Positions 19,001 to 28,830 of a DNA stretch of 64,000 nt are shown here, piece after piece (position 1 is the first letter of the stretch; the number at the start of each line of letters is the position of its first letter). The stretch comes from Candidatus Heimdallarchaeota archaeon (GTDB lineage: Archaea; Asgardarchaeota; Heimdallarchaeia; Hodarchaeales; Hodarchaeaceae). The notes below the pieces were generated by a model. The model was not told the DNA's origin. It saw only the letters and a program-made list of their open reading frames with translations, and did no database searches. The translations under genes were made by a program, and so were the position numbers. Where the stretch lies: assembly GCA_048881705.1 (NCBI GenBank), contig JBHLSH010000005.1:19417-83416 (forward strand). Direction: 5' to 3'.

Positions 19001-20902
19001 ATGAGTACTGAAAATAAAGCTACAGCAGAAACTTTTAAATTCCAGGCGGAGATCCAAAAGGTACTAGACATACTAATCAACCGATTATACAAGAATAGAG
19101 AAATTTTTCTTCGTGAATTAATCTCTAACGCAGCTGATGCGTTACATAGGTTCCGCATCAAACGCTTCGAGGGATCAGAAAAGATTCTGGATTCCGATGA
19201 AGAATTAGCGATCCATATACTGTTCGATGAAGATGAAAAGACCATTAGTGTTATTGATAATGGCCTGGGGATGGACTATGAAGAAATTATTGAAAACTTA
19301 GGGACCATTGCACAGAGTGGAACCTTGGAATTCTTCAACCAGCTAGAAAAATCGACTGATGCTATAAATCTGATTGGTCAATTTGGAGTTGGGTTTTACA
19401 GTTCGTTCATTGTCTCTAATGAGGTAGTGGTTAGGTCTCGCTCATATAAAGAAGATGCCCAAGGATTAGAATGGAAATCTGAAGGAACGGGGGAATTCAC
19501 TGTTTCTCCATATGAAAAATCTAATCGTGGAACAGAAGTCATTCTTCATCTCAAAGAAGACGCAAACGAATTTCTGAATAAATTTAAATTGGAAGGAATC
19601 ATCAAGAAATACAGCGACTTCGTTGGTTTCCCAATTAGGGTCGGTGACGATGAGAAAATCATTAATCGGCAAACGCCAATATGGCACCAGGCCGCTGATT
19701 CTCTAGAAGACAAGGATTACAATGAATTTTATCAACAAATCTCTATGGACTTCTCGGAACCCTTGCATCGTATACATTTTAGTGTTGATGCTCCTATTCA
19801 GTTTAGAGCCCTATTGTTTCTTCCGAGTCAGAAAAATCGAATGATGATGACCAATCTGTATTCGGATTATGGTTTGCGTTTATATAGCAAGAAAATACTG
19901 GTTCAAGAAAAGGCCAAAGATCTACTACCGGAATATTTACGATTCGTAGTTGGGGTGGTTGACTCAGAAGATTTGCCACTTAATGTCTCCAGGGAAGTAA
20001 TCCAGGTAGATCGTTCTATAAGGAGAATTTCGAAAGCTTTAACTTCTAAAGTGCTTGATGAGTTAGAAAAGGTTGCAGATGATGATGAAAACAAGTATTT
20101 AGAATGGTGGGAACAATTTGGGGTCTTCATAAAGGAAGGACTAACCTCTGATCAGAAAAGAAAGCAAAAACTGCTCAAGCATCTAAGAATCTATACATCC
20201 AAATCTACCGATAAGCAGATAACATTGGATCAATATCTAGAAAACATGCCTGAGGAACAAGAAGAAATTTTTTATCTCCTTGGCGAGAACTTAGATACCC
20301 TTAAGAGAAGCCCACACTTAGAACACTATAATAAACTTGATCTAGAAGTTATTCTATTTAACGAGCCAGTTGACACCTTTGTTATGACTCATATAACTGA
20401 ATATAGGGATAAAAAGTTCAAACTAGTAGATCAAGCGGAACCTGAGCCTGACTCTGAAGAGGAAAAGGAGGAGGAAGGCGAAACAAAAAAGAAAGAACCC
20501 GAAAAAGATAAGTTTCTATCGAAAATGCTCGAGATACTTGGAGACAGAGTTATTGATGTGCGATACACAGATCTCCTAAGCGAAAGCCCATGCCGGCTTG
20601 TAAGTCCAAGTGGAACTGGAACATTCACGCGAATGCTCAAATACATGGACGAGAACTATGTTCCCCAGAAGAAAATCCTTGAAATTAACCGAGATCATCC
20701 TTTAATAAAAGGACTCGATCCAAAATCCCCTAGGTTTCCGCTGCAGACGTTTATGTTGCTGGAAGGCCAAGAACTGTTGGAGGGAACATTACAAAATCCC
20801 ACGGACATGGTCTCACGAATTCACGAGCTAATGATGACGAATGTAAGGTCACAGGTACAGCAGAAAGGCAAGGGAGGAAAAAAGAAGTCAAAAAAGAAAT
20901 AA
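19001..20902 (+). CDS. htpG: Molecular chaperone HtpG (Hsp90)
   Basis: FQAE, LYKNREIFLRELISNAADA, DNGLGM, LGTIAQSGT, IGQFGVGFYS, DSEDLPLNVSRE. Confidence 0.97.
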   Translation: MSTENKATAETFKFQAEIQKVLDILINRLYKNREIFLRELISNAADALHRFRIKRFEGSEKILDSDEELAIHILFDEDEKTISVIDNGLGMDYEEIIENLGTIAQSGTLEFFNQLEKSTDAINLIGQFGVGFYSSFIVSNEVVVRSRSYKEDAQGLEWKSEGTGEFTVSPYEKSNRGTEVILHLKEDANEFLNKFKLEGIIKKYSDFVGFPIRVGDDEKIINRQTPIWHQAADSLEDKDYNEFYQQISMDFSEPLHRIHFSVDAPIQFRALLFLPSQKNRMMMTNLYSDYGLRLYSKKILVQEKAKDLLPEYLRFVVGVVDSEDLPLNVSREVIQVDRSIRRISKALTSKVLDELEKVADDDENKYLEWWEQFGVFIKEGLTSDQKRKQKLLKHLRIYTSKSTDKQITLDQYLENMPEEQEEIFYLLGENLDTLKRSPHLEHYNKLDLEVILFNEPVDTFVMTHITEYRDKKFKLVDQAEPEPDSEEEKEEEGETKKKEPEKDKFLSKMLEILGDRVIDVRYTDLLSESPCRLVSPSGTGTFTRMLKYMDENYVPQKKILEINRDHPLIKGLDPKSPRFPLQTFMLLEGQELLEGTLQNPTDMVSRIHELMMTNVRSQVQQKGKGGKKKSKKK

Positions 20903-21082
20903 AATGGCAATTTTATCACGCCTTCCAGAGAATATAGTTCACCCTAGTTTTCAGGTTCAATCCCAATAAAAAAACTTCAACCGTGTACACGGAATACAAC
21001 CTTCTTAATAGTGCGCCAAAATAAGTAAAAACAAGAAAAGAAACTATAATTTCCATTGTAATACGCCTAATTGGCCTAAGGA

Positions 21083-22351
21083 ATGGCTCATATGAGTGCA
21101 GAGAACTACGATGCCTTACTTATTGTGATTTTCGAGATTGGAGCAGTTATAGTTTTCTCATTATTGACTGCGAACATTTTGGGGAAACGGGGAATTCCTC
21201 AAGTTTTAGGTTTGATTATCGGGGGTTTAGCGCTCCAATTCATAGCGGTAACGGGATTTCCTTCGCCTCCGACCCCAGAAATTCATTTCATTATTACTAC
21301 CTTTGCCCTCGGATTGATCGGGTATCAGATCGGGGCGAACTTAGATCTTTACAAACTGCGAGAGGCTTCTTGGGGTTTACCATTAATCCTTTTGGGAGAA
21401 GCAATTGGAAGTTTGATCGCTGTTACGGTCGTTATGGTAATTATATTTCAAGATATCATGTTGGCTATACTATTGGGGACAATATCTATGGCTACCGCGC
21501 CCGCTTCGACTTCCGAGGTAATTCGTGAATACAAAGCCCACGGATCTCTCAGTCAAACTGTTCTTTTCGTTGTGGCCTTTGATAACATCATTGCAATCAT
21601 TTTTTTTAGCTTTGCTTTCGTATCAGCTGAAGCTTTCTATTCCTCATCTGCATTATCTTTAGCTGATGCTCTATTGCCTGTTGCCTGGGAAATCGGGGGA
21701 GCTGTAATTTTGGGTATTTTAATCGCACTAATGATGCGTCCCATTCACATTGAAGGAGTTGAGGTATATCGGAGCGCAGAATATGTCTTCCCTGCAATCT
21801 TGATATGTATTGCGCTTGCGGGATTATTAGATTTTTCTGTAATGCTCAGTTGTATAGTTCTGGGACTGGTATTAAGTAATATGGCTCATTGTGAAAACAT
21901 GGACTGCGTTCGATCCGTGGAACGGCTTAGTCAGCCTTTGGTTGCTCTTTTTTTCATTCTGGTGGGCTTTGAAATGGATTTGACTTTACTGGTAACGCCT
22001 ACCCTGATCGGAATTCTTTTATACTTCCTTTCGCGTGCTGCAGGGAAATCATTGGGTGCTTATGCTAGCGCGAGGATTTCTAACCAACCTAGAAAAGTAA
22101 CAACAAATTTACCTTTTACCTTATATACGCAGGCCGGAGTAGCTCTTGGATTGGTTGCATTTGCATATTCCAGGCTATCTGATATTGGAACATTACATAC
22201 AACTAGGATCGCGCATCTTTTACTGGATATTATTGTTGTTAGTGTGTTGCTGGCTGAGTTGGTGGGTCCTCTACTCATTAAGAAAGCTCTGTTCAGATCT
22301 GGAGAGGCCAAAAGCCCGATCAACGCTGCTAAAAGTTCTATATCAACCTAG
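21083..22351 (+). CDS. Cation:proton antiporter (CPA2/KefB-like)
   Basis: About 12 hydrophobic segments, ATAPA, AFDN, LFFILVG, QAGVALG. Confidence 0.85.
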   Translation: MAHMSAENYDALLIVIFEIGAVIVFSLLTANILGKRGIPQVLGLIIGGLALQFIAVTGFPSPPTPEIHFIITTFALGLIGYQIGANLDLYKLREASWGLPLILLGEAIGSLIAVTVVMVIIFQDIMLAILLGTISMATAPASTSEVIREYKAHGSLSQTVLFVVAFDNIIAIIFFSFAFVSAEAFYSSSALSLADALLPVAWEIGGAVILGILIALMMRPIHIEGVEVYRSAEYVFPAILICIALAGLLDFSVMLSCIVLGLVLSNMAHCENMDCVRSVERLSQPLVALFFILVGFEMDLTLLVTPTLIGILLYFLSRAAGKSLGAYASARISNQPRKVTTNLPFTLYTQAGVALGLVAFAYSRLSDIGTLHTTRIAHLLLDIIVVSVLLAELVGPLLIKKALFRSGEAKSPINAAKSSIST

Positions 22352-23106
22352 AAGATTCTTTCGAACTTGATCGAAAAACCGATCTTTCTTAGTGATTTCA
22401 GAAAAATGGCAGCCTCATCTATCTCGGTTGTCTTGTAACTTGAAACAACCGCAGGAATCAAGCCTGCGCCTGCGGATTTTATTAATTTAGCCGGTGTTGA
22501 TTTTGTTTTATCTAATCTCTCTTCGATAATCTGTTTTCTTACTAAACTAGTTCTATCAATAAAACTCAAGATCAAGACTCCGTATCTCTGTGATTTTTCC
22601 TTCTTGGTATCATCATCGGGCCTGGGATTCTCTTTTTCACTTCCAGAGAAGACTCCTTTAAGAGTTTCCTGTATTTTATTTCCCGTTTTTAGTGCCATAT
22701 CTGATAATTGGTCGATTCCGCGAATTAATCCATCAACTATCCCCTGTGGTTGCCCCTTAGTATCAAAAAATAAGGTTTGATATACGATTTCGTAAAATCT
22801 AGGCTCATAGATCATGTTGTATCTGGGTGGATAACCAACTTGGTCTTTTATCAGCCGATAAGCAAACGAACCACCGGGAATAAATGAAAGAAGAGCTGAA
22901 AATGTTGATTCTAGGGCCACAATTTTGGCTACTTCTACAAGGCCTTCTATATTTTGTTTGTTAATCCAAAAACAACGGCCCTTCTTATCTACCAGTCCTC
23001 CAACTAGATAACCTTGGAAAACTTCCAGAACGGTACAATCTTTGAAACCTAGCCTTTGACGGGCAAAATCACATATCTTAAGCTCATCTTGCTCATTGAA
23101 GCCCAT
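22348..23106 (-). CDS. Hypothetical protein
   Basis: 252-aa ORF filling the space, with a 4-nt stop overlap with the antiporter; no motif recognised. Confidence 0.6.
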   Translation of the reverse strand: MGFNEQDELKICDFARQRLGFKDCTVLEVFQGYLVGGLVDKKGRCFWINKQNIEGLVEVAKIVALESTFSALLSFIPGGSFAYRLIKDQVGYPPRYNMIYEPRFYEIVYQTLFFDTKGQPQGIVDGLIRGIDQLSDMALKTGNKIQETLKGVFSGSEKENPRPDDDTKKEKSQRYGVLILSFIDRTSLVRKQIIEERLDKTKSTPAKLIKSAGAGLIPAVVSSYKTTEIDEAAIFLKSLRKIGFSIKFERIF

Positions 23107-23198
23107 TTAAAACCCGTGGAACCATCAATAAGTTCCCCCATTAAAAGTGTTCATGGCGATTAAGAGTACTTCTCCAATTTCCTATGATGGAAGCTAGA

Positions 23199-23594
23199 TT
23201 AGCGCATCTTTAGAGCCTCTATTTGACCTGAAAGGCAGTTTTTTGCTGTTAGCTTAGCAAAACCTTAATTTTTGGTTCCTTGGCCAGCTATGCTAACTGC
23301 AGCATTCTGAGCAGGCGCCTATATAACAACAGAGTCCTCTGCTCCGCATATCATTATTTCCTCCATGTTTCCCCTGGCATATGTCTGTAGAATACGATTT
23401 GAAAGGCCTAAAGAAGACGCTTCCATAATAGAAATTACATTTTCGCGTTCCACAAAAGCAGAAGCTAATGGAAGGCCGTCTGGTGATAGAACTGTAATGG
23501 ATTCGATTCCCGATATTTTTCCTAACTACCCCTCTAGTAATGTAGTGAGTTCCTGTAATGAAACACGACGTTTTTGATGGATGATTGCGACCAT
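23199..23594 (-). pseudogene. Roadblock/LC7 domain pseudogene with three in-frame stops (not in the ORF track)
   Basis: Manual translation: MVAIIHQKRRVSLQELTTLLEG*LGKISGIESITVLSPDGLPLASAFVERENVISIMEASSLGLSNRILQTYARGNMEEIMICGAEDSVVI*APAQNAAVSIAGQGTKN*GFAKLTAKNCLSGQIEALKMR*; 132 codons, no frameshift. Confidence 0.8.
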
Positions 23595-23871
23595 AGGATT
23601 CTGGAGGGATAGAGTGGTGCTTCAAAAAAAACCCATCTCTAGCAAGTATCCGTTAAAAGCTCGTGACGTGTTTTATTGGTCATGCGACAAGCTAAGCACC
23701 TGTGTAGTGCGATAGCATCTCACGTTCGTATATTGAGCCCGTTAGGAGCCGCCCACTCCTTCAACCAATTAAGAAAACTATTTAACCCTTGTAAGAGAGT
23801 TCGATCCTCAGTGTTACGAGAAAGCCCGTAATCTGTGACAATTTCTTCCTTATTCAACACTTTCTAAAATA

Positions 23872-25470
23872 ATGTCTAAGACCGTATGGACAATGACAGT
23901 AGACAGCCAAGATGACGCAATTCAAATCCTTTATTTCAAGGGTGAGCACTGTGCCCCGTGTAAACCCGTGGAGAAGCATTTGAAACGGATAGTTGAAACT
24001 AGTCAAGGAAAAGCCCTTATGACGACCATTGACACGGATAAACATGCTGAAATTGCTTCTCGATACGGTGTCAAACAGGTTCCTCACGTCTTGTTCAATG
24101 AGGAGATAGTGTTAACTGCGGGACAAGCTAGTGGAATGGTGGGTTTCGGTGAATTTGACCAGTATGATTTATTCAACTACCTATTTAACAAGCTGATTGA
24201 GGCCGGGGTTAAAGCGAGCGAAGCAGAACGTGATCGCTGGCGAAAGTTATCGATTATAACAGTATCTGAAAGGTTGATAGATGTAGAAGGAAGTGGTATT
24301 GTAACAAGACCCTCAGTAGGAGATTACGTTCATATCGGGCATCTTCAATCAATCGTAACGTCTTTACTAGCTATTAATCCTTCAGCCAAAACATACCTAT
24401 TTCGTGCGGGAGAGATGGCTGGAAAATTCGGTGCAGCGCAATCTTGGCTAGGACGCTACAACCCGAACATTATGTCGACCAATCGGATGGGTGACCGATT
24501 CAAGGAGGTGTTGAAGGGCTTTCGAGTTCTTTATGGTAAGAATCCCATGGAATCAAAGGTAGCCTCGGAGTTGAACTACACCCAAACCTCTCCATATCAC
24601 GCTACGCTTGAGATGATGGGTTCTGCTCATGCAGTTCGGAACTCCGAAATTGGGCAAGATGTATGTGGGTTCTTGGCTGGAGAGATTTCAGGATTGCTAG
24701 AAGTCACCTTGGGGGAAAAAGCGGCGGTGGTTGAGACTAAATGTTGGGGCCTTGGGCACGATCATTGTGAATTCGATATACGGCTGAATGAAAGCTCAGA
24801 TCACTATTTAGTCCCCTTCTCCAATGCTAAGGAATTTTTTGGAACTGATGATCGTCTTCGTTTTGAGCTTTCCCTAGCTGAAATCTCGAGAAATATGTTT
24901 GACTCGATCTTACGCCGACCTTACGGACTTTTACGACCAGATATTGGGGACTACATCCATATTTCTTCTCTCCAACACATTCTAACCTCATTGAAGTTTT
25001 CGGATCCATTCAATTCTACGCTTCTCTCGTATGCGGGATTACATTATGGACAGATTCTCGAGGACGTAGGCATTATTTCCAGGATTATGACGCGTCGCAA
25101 TCTCAAATACTCTTTTCCTATGGAATTTGATCAGGCATGTGAGGTTCTTGGATATTACTTCAGCACACCTGGAATGATTTATGCACGTATCCACGCAGAT
25201 ATGACCGTTGAGATGGAGGATGATGAAACAGCCATCTTTAAGATGTGGGAAAGCGCCGCCACTTCTGGTATTGATCTTTCGACGGTTGATTTATCCGCGC
25301 TATTTCCTGGAACGGAAAAACCCGCTACCATAAACACATTGGATGATTTCATTGCGGGGTTTATTAACGGTCGATTGGACTTATTGGTTGAGGAAGATGT
25401 GATTGTTCATGAAGCACGGTGTCAGGCTAGCGGTCACCCTTATTGCGAATTCGTAGCGGAGCTAGATTGA
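23872..25470 (+). CDS. Thioredoxin domain fused to two V4R domains
   Basis: CAPC in a Trx fold (GVKQVP); duplicated RPxxGDYxHI...E.xC...G...CEF units. Confidence 0.8.
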   Translation: MSKTVWTMTVDSQDDAIQILYFKGEHCAPCKPVEKHLKRIVETSQGKALMTTIDTDKHAEIASRYGVKQVPHVLFNEEIVLTAGQASGMVGFGEFDQYDLFNYLFNKLIEAGVKASEAERDRWRKLSIITVSERLIDVEGSGIVTRPSVGDYVHIGHLQSIVTSLLAINPSAKTYLFRAGEMAGKFGAAQSWLGRYNPNIMSTNRMGDRFKEVLKGFRVLYGKNPMESKVASELNYTQTSPYHATLEMMGSAHAVRNSEIGQDVCGFLAGEISGLLEVTLGEKAAVVETKCWGLGHDHCEFDIRLNESSDHYLVPFSNAKEFFGTDDRLRFELSLAEISRNMFDSILRRPYGLLRPDIGDYIHISSLQHILTSLKFSDPFNSTLLSYAGLHYGQILEDVGIISRIMTRRNLKYSFPMEFDQACEVLGYYFSTPGMIYARIHADMTVEMEDDETAIFKMWESAATSGIDLSTVDLSALFPGTEKPATINTLDDFIAGFINGRLDLLVEEDVIVHEARCQASGHPYCEFVAELD

Positions 25471-26724
25471 TGATACTCCTGATGGCAGAATTTCCTTGGT
25501 TTGAGGATCATCAATGAGGGCCCGTATCGAGGAAATCGCGAGTATTCCCAGCCCTAGTATGCATACCAATGCGGAAATCGCAAAAAACGGATTTTCTGTT
25601 ATTTTTGAATATGTTTCGATAGACCAAAGAAGTGACCACCAAACTTCTCCAATGTAAACCATACCAAGACCGCCGATTAGGCCTAAAAGTGTATAATCAG
25701 ACCATAATGCAATATCAGTCTCACTGTCCTTTTTGATTCTTAAGACAAGCATAATGCTATAGAATGCAAAGAAAAACGGAACATAGTGCGGATAAAGGAT
25801 TCGATTAAACATCAAGAATATAGTCATCAAGGGAACAATTGCCTCCAAAACCCATCGTTGGGAAATCAAAGGGGATCGAAAGACAAGATACATGAGACAA
25901 ATTGCAAGCAATGTTAGCTGAATTAAAAATGGAAGTAGCGTGGTCGAAATTTCTGTGAAAAAGTATGTATATAACGACATGCTGGGATCTGGTCGGGTCG
26001 CGTGAATCAGAAAGGCATCCTCAATGTATTGCTCGGGAGTAAGAATTAGGAATGGAACGGAGACCATAAGAAATAATGCCCCTGCAATTGCCCAAGTCCA
26101 CAGAACCTGCCATTTCCGTGTTCGAATCCCCCAAATCAAGAGAGGAATCATATATATACCTGCTGTTGGTTTGGTTAGCAGCGCACAAGCGAATCCCACG
26201 CCGCCTAGTATGTAATTGTCATTCAAAATAGCAATAAACGCCATTAAAACAAAAATGAGCATAAATCCTTCATGATAACCTCCGAAAACAACTCCTAGTG
26301 TTGCTGGGTTCAGCAAAAACCAATTCATAGCTAGAAGGGAAATGGTTCGACTTTGGGGGATATTTTCGGTAATTTTAGAGACAAGTAGATAAAGTAAAAT
26401 TCCGTTAATTAGATTACAAATAATTAAAAATATTTTGACTCCTTGCCAAGTAACGTTTTCGATCCCCACTATACCAATCAATGCTGCCAAGGTGTATAAA
26501 TAGAGTGGGGGATATTGTGGCCTTGGAAGTATCTTCCCTTCCGATACAATAGCTCCTATGTCACGGTAAAGGAGTTTTCCTCGCGAAATTTCTTTTGCGG
26601 CTTCAAATTGAAGAACAAAATCCACTGGATTAAAGTATAAGAGCCCAACCACCAAATGTATAAGTAAATTTACAAAAAGGGAGGCCAGCATTCTATGAAA
26701 ATGATTCGTATTGCTCACAGACAT
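25462..26724 (-). CDS. GT-C fold membrane glycosyltransferase (GT87/DUF2029-like)
   Basis: Polytopic; LYRDI, QYPPLYLY, GYHE, ALLTKP, YPHYV. Confidence 0.7.
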   Translation of the reverse strand: MSVSNTNHFHRMLASLFVNLLIHLVVGLLYFNPVDFVLQFEAAKEISRGKLLYRDIGAIVSEGKILPRPQYPPLYLYTLAALIGIVGIENVTWQGVKIFLIICNLINGILLYLLVSKITENIPQSRTISLLAMNWFLLNPATLGVVFGGYHEGFMLIFVLMAFIAILNDNYILGGVGFACALLTKPTAGIYMIPLLIWGIRTRKWQVLWTWAIAGALFLMVSVPFLILTPEQYIEDAFLIHATRPDPSMSLYTYFFTEISTTLLPFLIQLTLLAICLMYLVFRSPLISQRWVLEAIVPLMTIFLMFNRILYPHYVPFFFAFYSIMLVLRIKKDSETDIALWSDYTLLGLIGGLGMVYIGEVWWSLLWSIETYSKITENPFFAISALVCILGLGILAISSIRALIDDPQTKEILPSGVSSI

Positions 26725-27124
26725 ATAATTCCCTTTTCATCTGAATATTTGTTCTTAGCGAATATTAGAAGATCAAGATATTTTGGAAATAAATCATATC
26801 ATGCCCTGAATAATTCTATCAGTAAGGGCTCTGTCCATCACATTTATCCTTTAATCCACCAGTTGGTATTGAGTTTATACGTGCGGCGCGAATAGTTCAG
26901 ATGTAAAGTGCGGACCTACTTTCTTTTCTCGTTTAATCTAATTACTTGGAAAAAAGGAGCAATTCTCGGAAATAACCAAATTAAAAGGAATTTTCTGGCT
27001 ACGTGTATTTGGGTTCAAATGGTAGCATGTGAATCTGTCTACTAGCATTGAAACTAGTAAACGATCTCTTCATGGTGCCAAGGTCGGCAAATATTCGAAA
27101 CAGAAGAGATTGGTAAATTCTTGG

Positions 27125-28504
27125 CTACGCGACTTCGCCGTACAGACGTTTAATTTTGCTTCGCCAAGATAAGAACCCATCGGGACTTCTTGGATAATCT
27201 TCATAGAGATCCCTTGCGTTATTCATTCTGTTAAGGATTCCACGAAATTTGAGAAGTGTCCCCAGCATGCTTCTGCCACGCCATACTCGTGCAAGGTTCT
27301 TTGTGAAACTACCAGCAGATAGCTGTCCCGTGGAATTACCGTATAGGAGATCGTCCTCCCCTAGTATCCGTTTATGAAAAACCTTATTTATGAGTTCACT
27401 GGGCATCGGAACAATAAAATCCTTCATAATTGCCAAAGGAGCGGTTACAGGCCCAATGGTTGTCATAAATTCAACACTGTAATCCCAAAGTCCAGCTTGT
27501 GAGACATCTCCGTTTTCTAATGCCTTAGTAATAGTTTTTGTAGCCATTGCCGCAGCATTGACGCTTATTCCTATTCCCCCACCATCTGTGGGCTTAACCT
27601 GAGTCCCCGCATCACCTATCAACATAAAACCATTCCAAACTAAATTATCCTGTGGTCGTCTCAAAGGAACTGGCCAACCACCACCATGTATGATCTCGGA
27701 TTCTTTGTAAAATCCCTTCACAGATTCCATGAATACTTGAAATTGCTTTTGTGGACTCAAATTGTTGATCTTCATCACTCCTAATCCGACATTCATACTC
27801 CTTGGCCCTCGTGGAAACTCCCAAATATACCCTCCGGGACAAATTTCTTGATCAAACATCAGGCGGATGAATTCGGGAGATTCAATTTCGGTTTCCGTGT
27901 CCCGAAGTTCCCGATAGCATTTACAAATATCTTTTGGATCCAAAAACCGATCCATATAGGTTTTTTCGGGATCTAGATTCCTTCTGAGGAAGGCATTTAT
28001 TCCTGTGGCGTCTATTGTAACTTTTGCAAAGTCTTCCTTAAGCGAATTATCTTTTGATCGATATCGGATCCCCACTACCCTATCCTTTTCCACAATGGGT
28101 TCCTTGACCCTCGTGTCATCAATGAGCTCGGCCCCATAGTCCATGGCGGTATCTAATGTACGCATGCCCATTTTAAAGCGATCAAGGATGACGCCAGTGC
28201 TATTTTTTTCGACGAGTTCAAGTTTTACTTCTCTGTCGGGGGAATATAGCCATGCGCCTTTAACTCGTTGAAGGATTTCATCTCCTTTCGGAGGAGAAAC
28301 CCCTATTATCGATTCAATCTTTTTAAAATGATCAAGGCTTGAGGCATCACCACAAATTTTAACGCCAATATCATCTTTACGTAATCGATCATAAAGGGCG
28401 ACCTTTAATCCATGATGCGCCAGTCCTGCCGCCGCTACAGAACCCGCAGTGCCGGCACCAGCAACGATAACGTCGTAATTGGTCATTTTCCTCACGTTAA
28501 CCAT
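27125..28504 (-). CDS. Geranylgeranyl reductase family FAD oxidoreductase
   Basis: DVIVAGAGTAG, KICGD, IDATG, PGGYIWEFP, LIGDAG.QVKP.DGGGI. Confidence 0.9.
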   Translation of the reverse strand: MVNVRKMTNYDVIVAGAGTAGSVAAAGLAHHGLKVALYDRLRKDDIGVKICGDASSLDHFKKIESIIGVSPPKGDEILQRVKGAWLYSPDREVKLELVEKNSTGVILDRFKMGMRTLDTAMDYGAELIDDTRVKEPIVEKDRVVGIRYRSKDNSLKEDFAKVTIDATGINAFLRRNLDPEKTYMDRFLDPKDICKCYRELRDTETEIESPEFIRLMFDQEICPGGYIWEFPRGPRSMNVGLGVMKINNLSPQKQFQVFMESVKGFYKESEIIHGGGWPVPLRRPQDNLVWNGFMLIGDAGTQVKPTDGGGIGISVNAAAMATKTITKALENGDVSQAGLWDYSVEFMTTIGPVTAPLAIMKDFIVPMPSELINKVFHKRILGEDDLLYGNSTGQLSAGSFTKNLARVWRGRSMLGTLLKFRGILNRMNNARDLYEDYPRSPDGFLSWRSKIKRLYGEVA

Positions 28505-28830
28505 GATGAATGAGATCTTATCAATTGCGCTGCATGAATTTAGTATAACCAGAAACCTCGATTATAAAACCTAGATAATGAACTGAAATTCCCAGTCTGG
28601 TGCAAACATCATCCAAACTCTTTGGTAAAACCTTCTAAAGTTAAACATGGATGTTCCGGGATCTCTCGAAAAAAACCGCTTTAGCATTGCTTTAAGAACC
28701 TGATCCATTAGTTCGCCTGTTTAAAGTTGCATTCTCTTTGATGCGAGAAACGGAAAACAACGTAAATAATTTGATTACGACGTTTACACTTTCCAGTTCT
28801 ATTTACAGTAGTGACAAGAAGAGATAATCC

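Noticed and set aside
23199-23594. Genome-wide stop-codon recoding (e.g. TAG as Pyl or Gln) to explain the roadblock stops
   Set aside because: One stop is TAA, and TAG terminates normal genes here at the expected ends (sufB, TPR, 31869-32330).
23293-23625. 110-aa and 70-aa ORFs in the track
   Set aside because: Alternative-frame artefacts overlapping the roadblock pseudogene.
23795-23809. GTTCGATCC tRNA T-loop-like motif
   Set aside because: Only 3 bp of T-stem; no acceptor, D or anticodon arms.
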